From the NCBI RefSeq assembly GCF_963921235.1, contig NC_086108.1:86678001-86742000 (forward strand): DNA of 64,000 nucleotides, given 5' to 3'. The notes beneath the pieces are model-generated. The model ran no database searches and had not been told where the DNA came from. It saw only the letters and a program-made list of their open reading frames with translations. Shown one piece after another: positions 1 through 12,686 of the stretch. A program made the position numbers and the translations under genes. The first letter of the stretch is position 1; each line of letters begins with the position of its first letter. This DNA comes from Mobula hypostoma (Eukaryota).

Positions 1-439
1 CTGGGCTTGTTTCCCTGCAACGAGACGGTGCCATCGAGGGGTGATGGGAGACAGTGATATTCGATATTCCTTATGTCCAGTCTATTCCGCAATTTAGTTT
101 TCATTGCATTCATTACAGAGATATGTTGGAAATGGAAGCAACATTTTCAGTGCTTTTGTGGCTATCTCAGGATATTTAGCCTTGACTTTGATCCAGAATG
201 TCAGCAGAGATGTTATGTCAAATGTACTTTTCAGCCTGCCGTCATTTGCAAGCTGGAGGAGTTGATCTTCTTCCCGCGCTGACATGGATGATGCGCAGGT
301 AATGACCTCGCGTGCGTTCAAGCTCAACAGTGCATGACAGGGAATGAAGAAAGGTGCAGCTGACTCGTATCTCCAAATCATATCATTTCCTCACCGCGCG
401 GTAGCACATGCTTTGTGGCCCGGTTGTTGGGGACCACTG
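1..439 (-). mobile_element. hAT (Charlie/Buster-type) DNA transposon, internally deleted; continues off the left window edge
   Basis: Minus strand starts at 439 with the Charlie-like TIR CAGTGGTCCCCAAC, flanked by GTCTAGGG (440-447; fits the Buster NNNTANNN target). ORF 94-381(-) holds the hAT C-terminal dimerisation motif LLTFWIKVKAKYPEIATKALKMLLPFPTYLC. Confidence 0.85.
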
Positions 440-632
440 GTCTAGGGTCACCTCTCCTCTAGGAATGGGAATCCCTATACAAACGAAAAGTGTCACAAGA
501 AATTTCATGACCTCATAAGGCATGTCAAAGTGAGGTCTAAACCACTGCCCCCTTGTTAAGACAAATTTGTCAGGAGCCTCTAACACCTGTACGCACACAA
601 ACTTTAACCTAGTCCGGCAGACCAATTGAATC

Positions 633-803
633 AAGAAAGGAGGCTACGTGCAGGATGGGGTGAGAGGCTTAAAGAGGAGTGCTCGTAAGCTTTTGGCTTT
701 TTCCAGCAGCTCAATCAAAACGAAAGAAGAGGCTACACACAGGTCGAGGTGAGAGGTTTAAAAAGGAACATTTGTGGGCTTTCAGCTTTTTCCTGTAGCC
801 CAA
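633..803 (+). repeat. Diverged ~85-90 bp direct tandem duplication
   Basis: aagaaaggaggctacgtgcaggatggggtgagaggcttaaagagga...gctttttccagcagctcaa vs aagaagaggctacacacaggtcgaggtgagaggtttaaaaagga...gctttttcctgtagcccaa. Confidence 0.7.
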
Positions 804-1129
804 ATAGTCATAGTCATACTTTTTTGATCCCAAGGCAAATTGGTTTTCATTACAGTTGCACCATAAATAATTAAATACTAATAAAACCATAAATAATTAA
901 ATAGTAATATGTAAGTTATGCCAGGAAATAAGTCCAGGACCAGCCTATTGGCTCAGGGTGTCTGACCCTCCAAGGGAGGAGTTGTAAAGTTTGATGGCCA
1001 CAGGCAGGAATGACTTCCTATGACGCTCTGTGTTGCATCTCGGTGGAATGAGTCTCTGGCTGAATGTACTCCTGTGCCCACCCAGTACATTATGTAGTGG
1101 ATGGGAGACATTGTCCAAGATGGCATGCA
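804..1129 (-). mobile_element. Rex1/Babar-type LINE, 5'-truncated 3' end with (TATGAC)n tail
   Basis: ORF 945-1130(-) ...LDNVSHPLHNVLGGHRSTFSQRLIPPRCNTERHRKSFLPVAIKLYNSSLGGSDTLSQ matches the C-terminus of ORF 58738-59586; same 3' UTR and tail. Confidence 0.9.
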
Positions 1130-1418
1130 TGATTTGTTATGAGCCATGATTCATTAGCAAGGGCAGATAAAAATAAGGTAGGGACTGGCAGAGCAGCCAT
1201 TGTTGGAGAACCTATTGTATGAGTGGATCAGTATTAGAGTGAGGAGGCGTTGGCTAAACAGACTTTAGTGAGAAGAGACTTGGGCAAGGTAAGTTTCTGG
1301 TAAGATTCTCCTTCTGCATTCCTCGTCAGTTAGTATGGTGGGAATAGCTCCAGGGGTTGTATTGCATTCTTTGTGTGAGACATGGAAATTCTGGGAGATC
1401 TCCAGCCTTCCAGATATG

Positions 1419-2221
1419 CAATGTTTCCTCTAATTTGTAATGACCAGTATGCACAAAAATCTTGTACTGTGCAATTTTTTGCCCAATGACAACAACATAC
1501 GTGCACAGAATTTTATATATAGAGGTATTCATTTTTAATAGCTAGCAAAAATACTGTCAATAAGAACTTGATCTCCTCTGGGTTTGATTGTTTTCATTCT
1601 CATTTGTCTGCACTCTCACAAAACATATGAAACAGGCCTGTTGTGGGTAATGAAGGATTTTCTCAATGGAGCTTTTGCATATCATCCATATATGATTTGC
1701 TTGCTAAATGCTTTAAAAAGTCAAGTTTCCAAATATCACTCCACTTCTTCCCACTTGAAAATTCTCCAGCAACTTTTGCATTGCAACAATACATGAAGGT
1801 AACACCAGTTTCTGTATTGTACATAAATATTTTTCATAACTGCACGTTCCTGACCTCATGAGCTTTCGGTGTAGCAGTTTCTATTGTTTCATCAAGCCAT
1901 TCTGCTTTAAATGAACTAGCAGTTCTTTTACGCTTCACACCCTTCGCTTCTTTGAATTTCAAAATAGTCAATCAATAATTTCTTCAATAAAAAAGTATAG
2001 ATAAGCCAGTTCTAAAATCTGCAGAAAAATCATCACAAACTCCATGCTATCAACACTGTCCACATCAAAAACAAGAAAAGGAAATGTGAGTGTGTATGAT
2101 CGTGAAATATACTTAGCATGCCAACAAGGTAGAGGGTGATAACCATTGGTGCACAGTCTAAATTCCTTTGTGCACTTCTAGTAAATGATGTGTATACATG
2201 CACAGCTTAGAGGGAACATTA
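1419..2221 (-). mobile_element. Non-autonomous hAT element retaining a transposase N-terminal (TTF-type zinc-finger-like) remnant
   Basis: TIRs CAATGTTTCCTCTAA (1419) and TTAGAGGGAACATTA (ends 2221). Minus-strand relic reads KRKRTASSFKAEWL...YCCNAKVAGEFSSGKKWSDIWKLDFLKHLASKS. Splits the CR1 ORF1 cleanly; TSD degenerate (cagatatg/tggataac). Confidence 0.7.
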
Positions 2222-2590
2222 TGGATAACCATACCTGCACCAGATGCACTGAGCTGCAGCTCCTCAGAAAATGTGTTAAGGAACTGAAGCTGCAGCTCAG
2301 TGACCTTTGGATTATACGGGAAACTGGGAGGTGATAGACAGGAGCTACAGGGAGGTGGTTACCCCTAAGCTGCAGGAGGCAGATACCTTGGTTGCTGCCA
2401 GGAGAGGGAAAGGAAGTGGGCAGTCAGTACAGAGTGCCTCTGGGACGGTTCCACTCAATAATAAGTATACCACTTTGGATATTATTGAAGGGGATGAACT
2501 ACTGGGTGGAGCTGCAGTGACCAAATCTCTGACACTTGAGTCTAGCGCTGTGACTCAGAAGGGAAGGGGGTGATGAAAACTGCCTTAGTG

Positions 2591-2808
2591 ATTTCTAAAT
2601 AGACATTGAACCCATGAACACTACCTCCTTACTTTTTCTTACTTCTGTTTTTGCACTACCTCTTTTAATTTAACTATTTAATGTACATGTAAGCTTGCTG
2701 TGATCCAGCTTTTTTCTATATTTAACATGTATTGCATTGTATTGCTGCCACAAAATTAATCAATTTCATGACATATGTTGGTGATATTAAACCTGATTCT
2801 GATTCTGA
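2591..2808 (+). mobile_element. LINE 3' tail fragment ending in (GATTCT)n; same family as 51230-51482
   Basis: ...aatttcatgacatatgttggtgatattaaacctgattctgattctga; inserted in CR1 ORF1. Confidence 0.65.
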
Positions 2809-3099
2809 TAGGGCATTCCATAGTTAGATGAGTAGACAAGACATTCTGTGGACGTGAAGGAACACCCAGATGGTATGTTGCCGCTCTGGTCCCAAGGACA
2901 TCTAGGAACAGGTCTACAGCATTCTAAAGTAGGAAAATGAGCAGCCAGCGGTCTTGATACATATTGCCACCAATGACGTAGGTAGGAAAAGAGAGGAGGT
3001 CTTGAAGAAAAATCTTAGGGAGTTAGGTAGAAAACTGAAAAGCAGGATCTCCAGGATTGCCGCCTGTACAACTCATCAGTGAGTATACATTTAACAGAT

Positions 3100-3997
3100 G
3101 AAGCAATGCACACAAAGTGCTGGAGGAACTCGTCAAGTCAGACAGCATCTATGGAAAAGAATAAACAGTCAATCTTTTGGGTTGAGACCTTTCATCAGGA
3201 CTGGAAAAAAAGATGAGAAGTTAGAGCAAGAAGTTGGGAGGGAGGGGAGGAAGAAGTACGAGGTTGTAGGTGAGAAGTGAAACTGCAAGAGGGGGAAGGA
3301 ATGAAGTAAAGAACTGAGAAGTTGACAGGTGAAAGAAATAAAAGGGCTGGAGAAGGGGGAATCTGTTAGACCTGAGAAATTGCTTTGCCAAGCATCTGTG
3401 CTTCACCCACCAGAAAAAGCAGATGTCCCGGTGGCCATCCATTTCAATGCTATTTCCCATTCTCATTCTGACTTGATAGTCCATGCCCTCCTCTACTGCT
3501 GCAATGATGTCACACTCAGGTTGGAGGAGCAACAGCTAATATTCTGTCTGATAGCCTCCAACCTGATGGCATTAACATTGATATCTCAAACTTCTGGTAA
3601 TGCTCCCCATCTCCTTCACCATTTCCCACTTTCACCTTATCTTCTTATCTGCCTATCACCTCCCACTGGTGCTCCTCCCCCTTTTCTTTCTTCCATGACC
3701 TTCTGTCCTCTCCTATCAGATTCCTCCTTCTCCAGCCCTGTACCTCTTTCACCAATCAACTTCCCAGCTCTTTACTTCACCCCTCCCCCTTCCAGTAAGA
3801 CCTATCACTTTTGGTTCTTTCTCCCCTACCCCACCTTCTTCCTCCGGCTCCTCTTTTTTTTTTCCAGTCCTGGTAAGGACCTCGGCACAAAACGTCAACT
3901 GTACTCTTTTCCATAGATGCTGCCTGACCTGCTGAGTTCCTCCAGCATTCTGTGTGTGTTGCTTGGATTTCCAGCATCTGCAGATTTTCCTTTGTTT
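3100..3997. mobile_element. Penelope-like element 3' part (+) with an inverted terminal copy (-) at its 5' side
   Basis: 3103-3370 is the reverse complement of the terminus at ~3720-3962. The + part encodes the Penelope C-terminus PVAIHFNAISHSHSDL...RLEEQQLIFCL. Confidence 0.8.
3166..3203 (-). ncRNA. Degenerate minimal type I hammerhead ribozyme motif (Penelope terminus)
   Basis: Minus strand CAGTC-CTGATGA-AAGGTCTCAACCC-AAAA-GATT-GACTG; stem I and CUGAUGA box intact, GAAA box and cleavage triplet mutated. Confidence 0.6.
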
Positions 3998-5909
3998 GTT
4001 TGTATTGAGCACTCCCTTTGGATAAGGTTCTCCAAGGTTGGCATTTCTGTGCCTCCTGTTTGAGATTTATAACCTTCTCTCAATTGTCTGCAATTCCTTT
4101 TAGAGCCTCCAGTAATGGAGTTCTGCCAATAGCATTGCCACAGAGACATCCACTGAATGAGCAGTTCAATAAGTAAATGCCGCCCATGTTGGTTTCAGAA
4201 GGTTTGCTGGACTCTGGGAGTATTTCAGTAACTTGCAGTCAGTTCTGAATTCGCCCCTTGAAGGGTCCCAATATTAGCAACCTGCTCTTTAACTAAAGAT
4301 GAGAGCAAGAACGCGATGCACTCTGCTCACGAGATCTCTTGAGATGATTACACAACAGCTGTTGACTGGAGGTTTGGTTTATTTCAAAAAGGTTTCAGCT
4401 GGAGTAGAATGACGATTGACATCTTTAGTGCAGATCTGATTCTGGGCAAGCCTTTTGCCTGCTGATCTGAATCATGACTAGAACTACCTGACCTTATTTC
4501 TAAACATTTATATGTAATGTAGACAATGTTGCCTCTAATTATTTTTTCATGCTGCACAGACCAACTATTGCTCTGAACTGGAAATTTTTACATGGCCTGA
4601 AAACTGCAATGCACTTTAACAAAATACTATATAAAAGAAAATTCCAGCTGTGTGGGAACATTGTGCGCGGGAGCATTTCAGTTACTGTGTGGCTGTGCAT
4701 CCATGCAGCTTAAAGGGAGCAGCGAATCGAGATGCCTTTTAAAAGGAGGAATCATAATTACAGTAAAGATATCCTTTGTTTTTTTTTTAAATCACTACCT
4801 TGTTTCCCATACCACATATCAAAGGGAAGCTATTGACTCTCCCACCCTGGATCATTTCCATTTTCTATATTACAGCTGCAGCACATCTTGGTGTTTAACA
4901 ATTATTTCCTCCAGAGAATACATAGGGCCCAGGAAGATACCTTTGCTCCTTTCCACACCATCATCATGCAAGAGTTCTCATTAAGAGCTTTCACAGCACT
5001 GTGGATGATTATCCTGGCATTTTTTTATCTGCTGCATGCGAACCTATTGGTCCTGCAGTCAGTCTATCCATCTCAAAAACATCAAGGCCAGTTGTAATGT
5101 TATCATAGCTGAGATAAGCTAAGTAGATAATGGCATGAACTTGTTTGATCTGTGTGGATGAGTTCTGCACTGTACAATTCACTTACCCCTTGGGCAGCAA
5201 CAGAATACTGTTCAGAAACAAATTGCACTCACCGCAATCGATGGATTCCTTTTCGTTTTGGACCATTACGAATTTATGCGGAGGACTGCCAACCATGTGT
5301 TTGCAACTTTATCAGTTACCCAGAGAAGAACTTAGGGAGTCGTGGCGGATTTTGTTGAAGGGACTGTCAAAAGTGGATGCAGTCAAACTGTTCACTTTGG
5401 TGAGGGATCGCAAATGATGCAACAGTGGTCTAAAAATTGGCTAATATTAAAATGAAGTCAGGCACATTGTTGTCTTGCATGGCACCCACTAGATACAACA
5501 CCCAAGAATGTCCGTATTAAGGCACTCTTAGAAGTGCATGGGCAGGATGTGCCTCAGAACATATCTTCTCAGGATCCTTCACAGGTAATGAAGCAATCCA
5601 ACTTTTAGATACCTTTCTGTGGCAGAGTACTGAGCCTACAGCAGCCACACTAAGCACAACCTTCACCTTCACACTCTGACAAATAACTTGCTCCAACTCT
5701 TATTTTGTATTTACAGTCAAGCTTAGCATCCCACTGGGTAAGCTGGTTATGATGCAGCTCATCTGAATATTACAATTAGGAAACAAATTTATTGTCTCTT
5801 CCCCCTCTTTTTTAATGTTAGTGCTACTTCATGTTGGAATCTGCTCTTTATACAGTCTCCAAGGCGAAATTGACTTTGAGTTAAGTCTCCAGTATTGACA
5901 GTTTCACAT

Positions 5910-6900
5910 TCTTAAGATCATGTCTTCCTAACCAGGGCCTCAATATCTCTTAAAAACCAAGATTCCCTAAAACCTGTTATCCTTGCTTTTTATTCTGACA
6001 AAAACATACAAACTCTGTACTCTCAAAACTTCACTTTTGAAGGCCTCCCATTTACCTAATACACATTCGCCCGAAAAAAAAACTGTCCCAATCCACATTT
6101 GCCAAATCCTTTCTGATATTATCAAAATTGGCCTTTCTCCAATTTAGAAATAAACCCAAGGACCAGACCTACCCTTCTCCATAATTATCTTGAAACTAAG
6201 GGTATTATGATTACTAGATAACTTATGTTCCCTACACAAAGTTCTGTCACATGCTCTGTCTTATTCCATAATAGCAGGTCTATGACTGCACACCCTCCTG
6301 TTAGAAACTTTATGTATTGATTAAGGAAATTTTCCTGAACACATTTGACTAACTCTATCCCATCCAGCTCTTTTACAGTTTTGGAGTCCCAATCAATATG
6401 TGGAAAATTGTAATCACCTATTATCACAACCTTGTGTTTCTTGCAATAGTCTGCAATCTCTCTACTAATTTGTTCTCTAAATCCTGCTATCTATTGAGTG
6501 GATTATAATATAATCCTGTTAACATGGCAATCCCCTTCTTATTCCTCGTTAAATGGCCTCAGTAGACAAGATCTCCAAATGGCCGCAGTAGACAAGATCT
6601 TCAGTTTGTCCTGTCTGAGCACTGCTCTGACATTTTCCCTGACTAGAAATGCTACTGCTCCCCCTTTAATCCCTCCTGCAGAACCCCAGAATATTGAACT
6701 GCCAATTCTTCCCTTCCTGCAGCCGTCTCACTAATGGCTGCAATGGCATAATTCTGCATGCTGATCCATGCCCTATGCTTATCTGCCTTTCCTATAATAT
6801 TCCTTGCATTGAAATATACACAAGTCAGGACATTAGTCCCACCATGCTTAATCTTCCAATTCTTGACTTTATGTTGACTTAAAGACATCTTTCCCCACAG
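5910..6900 (-). mobile_element. CR1 LINE fragment (ORF2 AP-endonuclease region)
   Basis: CVYFNARNIIGKADKHRAWISMQNYAIAAISET and IIGDYNFPHIDWD...VKCVQENFLNQY. Confidence 0.85.
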
Positions 6901-6904
6901 CACT

Positions 6905-7175
6905 TCACAGTAAATTACCCCAACAGACTCACAGGTTAAATGTTGCCTCACCTGGAAGGGCTGTTTAGGGCCCAGAATGGTCGTGAGGGAGGAGGTGTAG
7001 AGGCACTTATTCCGCTTGCAAAGATAAGTGCCAGGAGTGAGATCAGTGGGGAGGGACAAATAGACAAGGGAGTGACATAGGGAGTGATCCCTGCAGAAAG
7101 TGGGGGGTGAGGGAAAGATGTGGTGGGATCCCATTGGAGGTGGTGGAAGTTTTGAAGAATTATCTGCTGGATATG
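6905..7175 (-). mobile_element. Penelope-like fragment (linker and start of GIY-YIG)
   Basis: GTYLCKRNKC...ILGPKQPFQVRQHLTCESVGVIYC; homologous to 13600-13865 and 54110-54390. Confidence 0.8.
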
Positions 7176-9660
7176 GAGTTGGGTCATAACAGGCTCCAAC
7201 ACCTATGGTGTAAACTTGTTTCTCACCAACAAACTAGGGCAGAGTCGGGACTGCTAGTGGTGGGGCTAACAGGCTGTATTCACAAGCTTTAACTTGGGAA
7301 CGTGGAAAGTGAGATTGGTCTTCAGGGTCTGAAGGAGCTGCAAGGTGTCGGCCACCAGGTTTGCTTTCCTGAAAGTCCTGAAGGGTCCAATAAACTTTGG
7401 TGCCAATTTCCAGGACTCCACTTGGAAAGGTAAATCCTGAGTCGACAGCCAAACCTGTTGCCCAGGCTACAAAACTGGTCCCTGTCTTCTCTTGTGGTTA
7501 GCCTTTACTTCAGCCTTCCAAGAAGAAGCTAACAAAATCCCCCTTGCCCTAGTCCATCTCTCCCTGTAGCATTGGACAAGATCTTCAGCTGCAGGAACTC
7601 CAGCCTCTGATTCCTGCTCAGGGAAAAGTGGTGGAGAATACCCAAACTGGCATTTGAAAGGAGAAATCCTGTGTGCTGAATGCCAAAAAGGTGTTGTGGG
7701 TGCCCTCTGCCCACATCACATAGTTGTTCCACTTGTTCAGTCTTTCAGAGACCATGCATCTGAGGGTACATTCTATATCTTGGTTTACCCACCCTCTCTG
7801 GCCATTAGACTGCAAGTGAAACCCAGAGGAAAGACTCGCTGTTGCCCCAGTCAGTTTGCAAAATACCCTCCAGAAATATGATGTGAATTGCAGACCATGA
7901 TCCAACACAATACCCATCGGAAAACCGTGAATCCTGAAGACCTGCTACAGGACAATCTTAGCCATCTCTGCCACACATGGAAGTCTGTCCAAGGCGATGA
8001 ATTTGTAGGCCTTCAAAAAACAATCCACAATTACAATGATAAGGGTCTTCCCTTTGGAAGAAGGAAGACCTGTGACAAAGTCCATGGAGATGTGTGCCGG
8101 TGGTCTGTCTGGAACAGTCAGAGGGTGAAGCAGTCCTTGAGGCCGGGTGTATGGCTCTTTGTTCAGGGCACACAATTTGCATGCCAGTACATATTAAAGG
8201 TCCTCCCTCATCATTCCAGGCCACCAATATCTTCTTTTGATGAACTTGAGGGTCCTAGCAATCCCTGGGTGAGATATCAATCTTGATGCATGTCACCAGT
8301 GAAGAACCTGAAACTAGATGGGTCTAGGAACGAACAGCTGACCCAGAAGGCCATTCTGAGGAATCTCTCCTTGCACCTGGGCCTTGCAAACAAGCGTGTC
8401 GATTCCCTGATAAATTGGTGCAATCACCTTGACTAGAGGCAAAATGGTGGCTTTTCTCATTTGAGTTCGTCGAACTGATGGGACAAGGCATCTGGATTTT
8501 GGCTCTTAGATACTGGTCGAAAGGATGGAATGAGATTAAAAAGGTTAAAGAAACGAGACCATCTGGCCTTCCTGGCATTCAGTCTCTTGGCCTCCTGAAT
8601 ATAAGCCATGTTCTTGTGGACTGTCCATACAATAAAAGGGTTCTTGGCCCCCTTAAGCCAGTGACGCTATTCTCCAGAGCCAACTTTACCACGAGCAGCT
8701 CTCTATTCCCAATGTTGTAATTCACTTCTGCGGGGGATAGTCACTTGGAAAAGAGTGCACATGGATGTAGTTTATTGTCCAAAGGTGTCTGTGGATACAA
8801 CACTGCATCCACTCCAACGTCCAAAGTGTGCACTTCCACGATGAAGAGAAGGTCCAAGTTGGGTGCAAACAACATGGGAGGTGCTGTGAACCATTGTTTG
8901 AGCTCTGAGACAGCAGCCTCCACCTTGGTAATGCAGACAAAAGAACCTGTAGATCTTTTGGTTAGTGCTGTCAGCAGAGCCACTACTGCGCTGAGGTTCC
9001 TGATAAACTTTCAATAAAAATTTGCAAATCTCAGGTTTCGTTAGACCTGTTTCATACTGGATGGTGGTGGCCAATTTCCGACTGCCTGTGTCTTACTCAG
9101 GTCCATCTTAAAATTGCCATTAGAGATGATGATGAAGCCCAAAAAATAAATAGTGGTTATGTAAAATTCAAACTTCTCCAGCTTGACAGAAAGTCCATGA
9201 TCAAGAAGCCTTTCCCAGATATTTGGAGAGGTGGATAGCCAAATTAATCCCAGGGCAAAAGCCACCTTAATATAATCCTCCATAGCGCTTCTCTGCGGGC
9301 CTGAGAATACATATAATCAACCCCGCGGAGGACGTGTACCTGACACTGGATCTATTGCACAGTCGTAGGTTGGTGGAATGGAAGAGTCGAGGCCTTTCCG
9401 GTACTGAATACCTCTTCCAATTCCTTGTAGATGGAAGGAATTTCTACCAGCTGGGTGCTATATGGACCCCTAAACCTGCATCCGAAGATGACTACTGAGA
9501 CTCTGTTGGTGGTGGGGTGCTTTGGCACACCTAAGAGTCTCCCCATAGGTCTACAAGATTCTTTAGTGAAAACAGAAGGCAAATCACAGTCCAAATCCTC
9601 GTCCATCTCTTTAGATATCAAGAGACTTTGATGAAAAGAGACTGAAGCCAAAGACACAGG
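7176..9660 (-). mobile_element. Decayed Sushi/Tf1-type Gypsy pol (RT, RNase H, integrase), left half of a split element
   Basis: VFSTGKASTLP; KLEKFEFY; FIVEVHTLDVGVDAVL...KLHPCALFS; HISMDFVTGLPSSKG; ASLSSGFHLQSNGQ. On minus, a purine-rich stretch then TGTTATGACCCA marks the start of a truncated 3' LTR near 7187. Confidence 0.85.
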
Positions 9661-12600
9661 TAAGAAGGGTTAGATTTTTCCTTTCGTTATTGCTGATTTG
9701 GTCTTGGCTGCCCATAGTACAGTGCAGGCAGGATGGCAGATATGGCAGTGGAATGCTCCACCTGTAGGATATGGGAATTCATGGAACATGATAATCTCCC
9801 TGATGACTACATCTGCAGGAAGTGCAGCTAATTCTAGCTCATGGAGCTGGAGTTGGATGAATTTAGGATTATCCAGAAGCAATTGATAGATTTAACTTTT
9901 GTGCAGGTGGTTACACCCAGAGTGGAAATTCAGGGAGTAGATGGGTGAACACTGAGAGAGGTAAAGAGAGAAGGAAGTCAGTGCAGGATTCCCCCTGTCA
10001 CCATTCCCCTCAGCAACAGGTTTACCCCTTTGGATACTGCTGTGGGGGATGACCTATCTGGGCAAGGCAGCAGCAGCCAGACCAATAGCACTGTAGGGAG
10101 AGTGAAGTCAGGTGGAGCAATAGTATAGGAGACTCAATAGTTGGGGGCAGATAGGAGAATCTATGGCAGCAAAAGAGACACCAGGATAGCGTGTTGCCTC
10201 CCAGGTGCTGGGGTCCAGGATGTCCCTGAGCAGTTGCAGAATATTCTTGAAAGGGAGGGTGAGCAGCTAAAGGTCATAGTACATGTTGGTACTAATGATA
10301 TAGGCAAGAGAGGGGCATAGGTCCTGCGCAGTAAGTTTAGGTTGTTAGGAAGGGGGCTGAAGAGCAGGACCTCCAAGGTGGTAATCTCTAGATTACTTCC
10401 AGTGCCACGAGCTAGTGAATGTCAGAACAGGAAGACAGTGCAGATGAATGCGTGGCTGAGGAGGTGATGCAGGGGGCAAGGTTTCAAGTACTTGGATCAT
10501 TGGAACCTTCTCTGGGGAAGGGGTGGCCTGTACAAGTAGGAAGGGTTGCACTTCAATTGGAGGGGAACCAATATCCTGGAGGAAGGTTTGCTACTGCTGT
10601 TGGGGAGCATTTAAACTAGATTTGCAGGGGTGTGGGAACCAAAATGAAGAGGCAGAAGGTGGGGCAGTTGGCACACAAGTAGTGATAGCTTTGAGGAAGG
10701 ATAGGCAGATGATAGAGCTAAGAAGCACTCAGCCAGATGGTTTGAGATGTGTCTAATTTTAATGCAAGGAGTATCATGAGCAAGGCAAATGAATTTAGGA
10801 TGTGGATCAATACGTGGAACTATGATGTTGTGGCCACTACAGAGAGAGAGATGTCTCAGGGGCAGGAATGGCTGCTGAGTGTGCCGGGCTTTAGATGTTT
10901 CAAAAAGGACACAGAGAGAGAAGCAAAAGAGTTTGGGTGTGGCATTGCTATTCAGGGATAGTACCACAGCTGCAGAAAAGAAGGAAGTCATGGAGGGATT
11001 GTCTACTGAGTCTCTGTGGGTGGAAGTCAGAAACAGGAAGGGGGCAATAACTCTGCTGGGTGTTTTTTAAAGACCACCCAATAGTAACAGGGACATCGAG
11101 GAGCAGATAGGGAGGCAGATTCTGAAACAGTGCAATAATAATAAGGTTGCTGTGATGGGTGATTTAACTTTCCTAATATTGACTGGCATCTCCATTAAGC
11201 AAGGGGTTTAGATGGGGTGGAGTTTATTAGGTGTGTTCAGGAAGGTTTCCTGACACAATATGTAGATATGCCAACTAGAGGAAATGCTATACTGTACTTG
11301 ATCTGGTATTGGGAAATGAACATGGTCAGATGTCAGATCTCTCAGTGGGAGATCATTTTGGAAGTCGTGATCACAATTCTATCTCCTTTCTATCATAGTG
11401 CTGGAGAGAGGTAGCAGCAGAAAATTTGGGAAAACATTTAATTGGGATGGGGGAAATATGATGCAACTAGGCAGGAAATTGGGAGCAGATGTTCTCAGGG
11501 AAAAGCATGGCAGAAATGTGGCAAATGCTCAGGGAACATTTGCATGGCGTTCTGCATAGGTATGTTCCATTGAGGCAGGGAAACAATGGTAGGGTTAAAG
11601 AACCATGGTGTACAAAGGATATAGAAAATCTAGTTAACAAGAAAAGTTTACAAAAGGTTCTAGAAACTAAGGACTGCTAGAGTTCTAGAAAATTACATGG
11701 GTTCCAGGAAGGAGCTCAAGAGTGAAATCAGGAGAGCTAGAAGGGGCCATGAATAGGTCTTGGTGAGCAGGATCAAGGAAAACCTCAAGGCATACTACAA
11801 GTATGTGAAGAGCAGGAGGGTGGGCCATGTAAGAATAGAAGCAATCAGGAGTGAGAGTGGAAACATGTGCATGGAGCCAGAGGAGGTAGTGGAGGTACAG
11901 AATGAATAGTTTGCTTCAGTAGTCACCAGTGAAAAGGACCTTGGCATTTGTGGGGATGACTTAAAACAGATTGAAATGCTTGAGTGTATAGACATTAAGA
12001 AAGAGGATTGTCTGGAGCTTTTGAAAGGTATTAAGTTAAATAAGTTGCTGGGATCAGACGAGATATACCCCAGGCTACTGTGGGAAGTGAGGGAGGAGAT
12101 TGCTGAGCCTCTGGTGATGATCTTTGCATCATTCATTGGGATGGGAGAAGTACCAGCGTATAGCAAGTCTGCAAATATTGTTCCTTGTTCTAGAAAGGGA
12201 GTAGAGATAACCCAGAAAATTATAGACCAGTGAGTCTTACTTCAGTGGTGGACAAGTTGTTGGAGAAGATCCTGAGAGGCAGAATTTATGAGCATTTGGA
12301 GAGACTTGATCTGATTAGGGATAGTCATCATGGCTTTGTCAAGGGTAGGTCATGTAACAAAACACGTTGATAGAGGTAGAGCAGTGGATGTAGTGTATAT
12401 CAATTTCAGTAAGGCACTTGATAAGGTTTCCCATGCGAGGCTCATTCAGAAAGTAATGAGGCATGGGAACCTAGGACACCTTGTTTTGTGGATTAAGAAT
12501 TGGCTTGACCACAGAAGAGAAAGAGAAGGAGGATGATGTGTGTGAGAATAGGACCAATCAGGAATAAGAGTTGAAACATGTGCATGCAGCCAGAGGAGGT

Positions 12601-12686
12601 AGCGGAGGTACTTAATTAATACTTTGCTTCAGTATTCACCAGTGAAAAGGACCTTGGCAATCGTGGGGATGACTTAAAGCAGACTG
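9661..12686 (+). mobile_element. CR1 LINE (ORF1, ORF2 endonuclease, 5' part of RT), 3' end missing, inside the Sushi-type element
   Basis: ORF1 MAVECSTCRIWEF...PDDYICRKC with GDSIV esterase motif; ORF2 FNARSIMSKANEF..., GDLTFLILT/GDFN-like region, VDVVYINFSKALDKV; many stops and frameshifts. Confidence 0.9.

Larger units (their letters stand above)
1140..3085 (+). mobile_element. CR1 LINE 5' portion (5' UTR + decayed ORF1: zinc finger, leucine zipper, esterase-like), interrupted by two insertions
   Basis: Decayed ORF1 reads ...LCETWKFWEISSLPD|NHTCTRCTELQLLRKCVKELKLQL..., then PLNNKYTTLD and GxSIVR/MVCC-like esterase motifs; homologous to 9700-10620. Confidence 0.75.

Noticed and set aside
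3329..3916. Pro/Ser/Phe-rich ORFs here and at 14079, 16216 and 54777
   Set aside because: Translations of the pyrimidine-rich Penelope UTR.
4104..4172. Plus-strand 69-nt exon-like segment (ASSNGVLPIALPQRHPLNEQFN)
   Set aside because: Weak donor (AA|gtaaat), unrecognised peptide and opposite strand to the better candidates.
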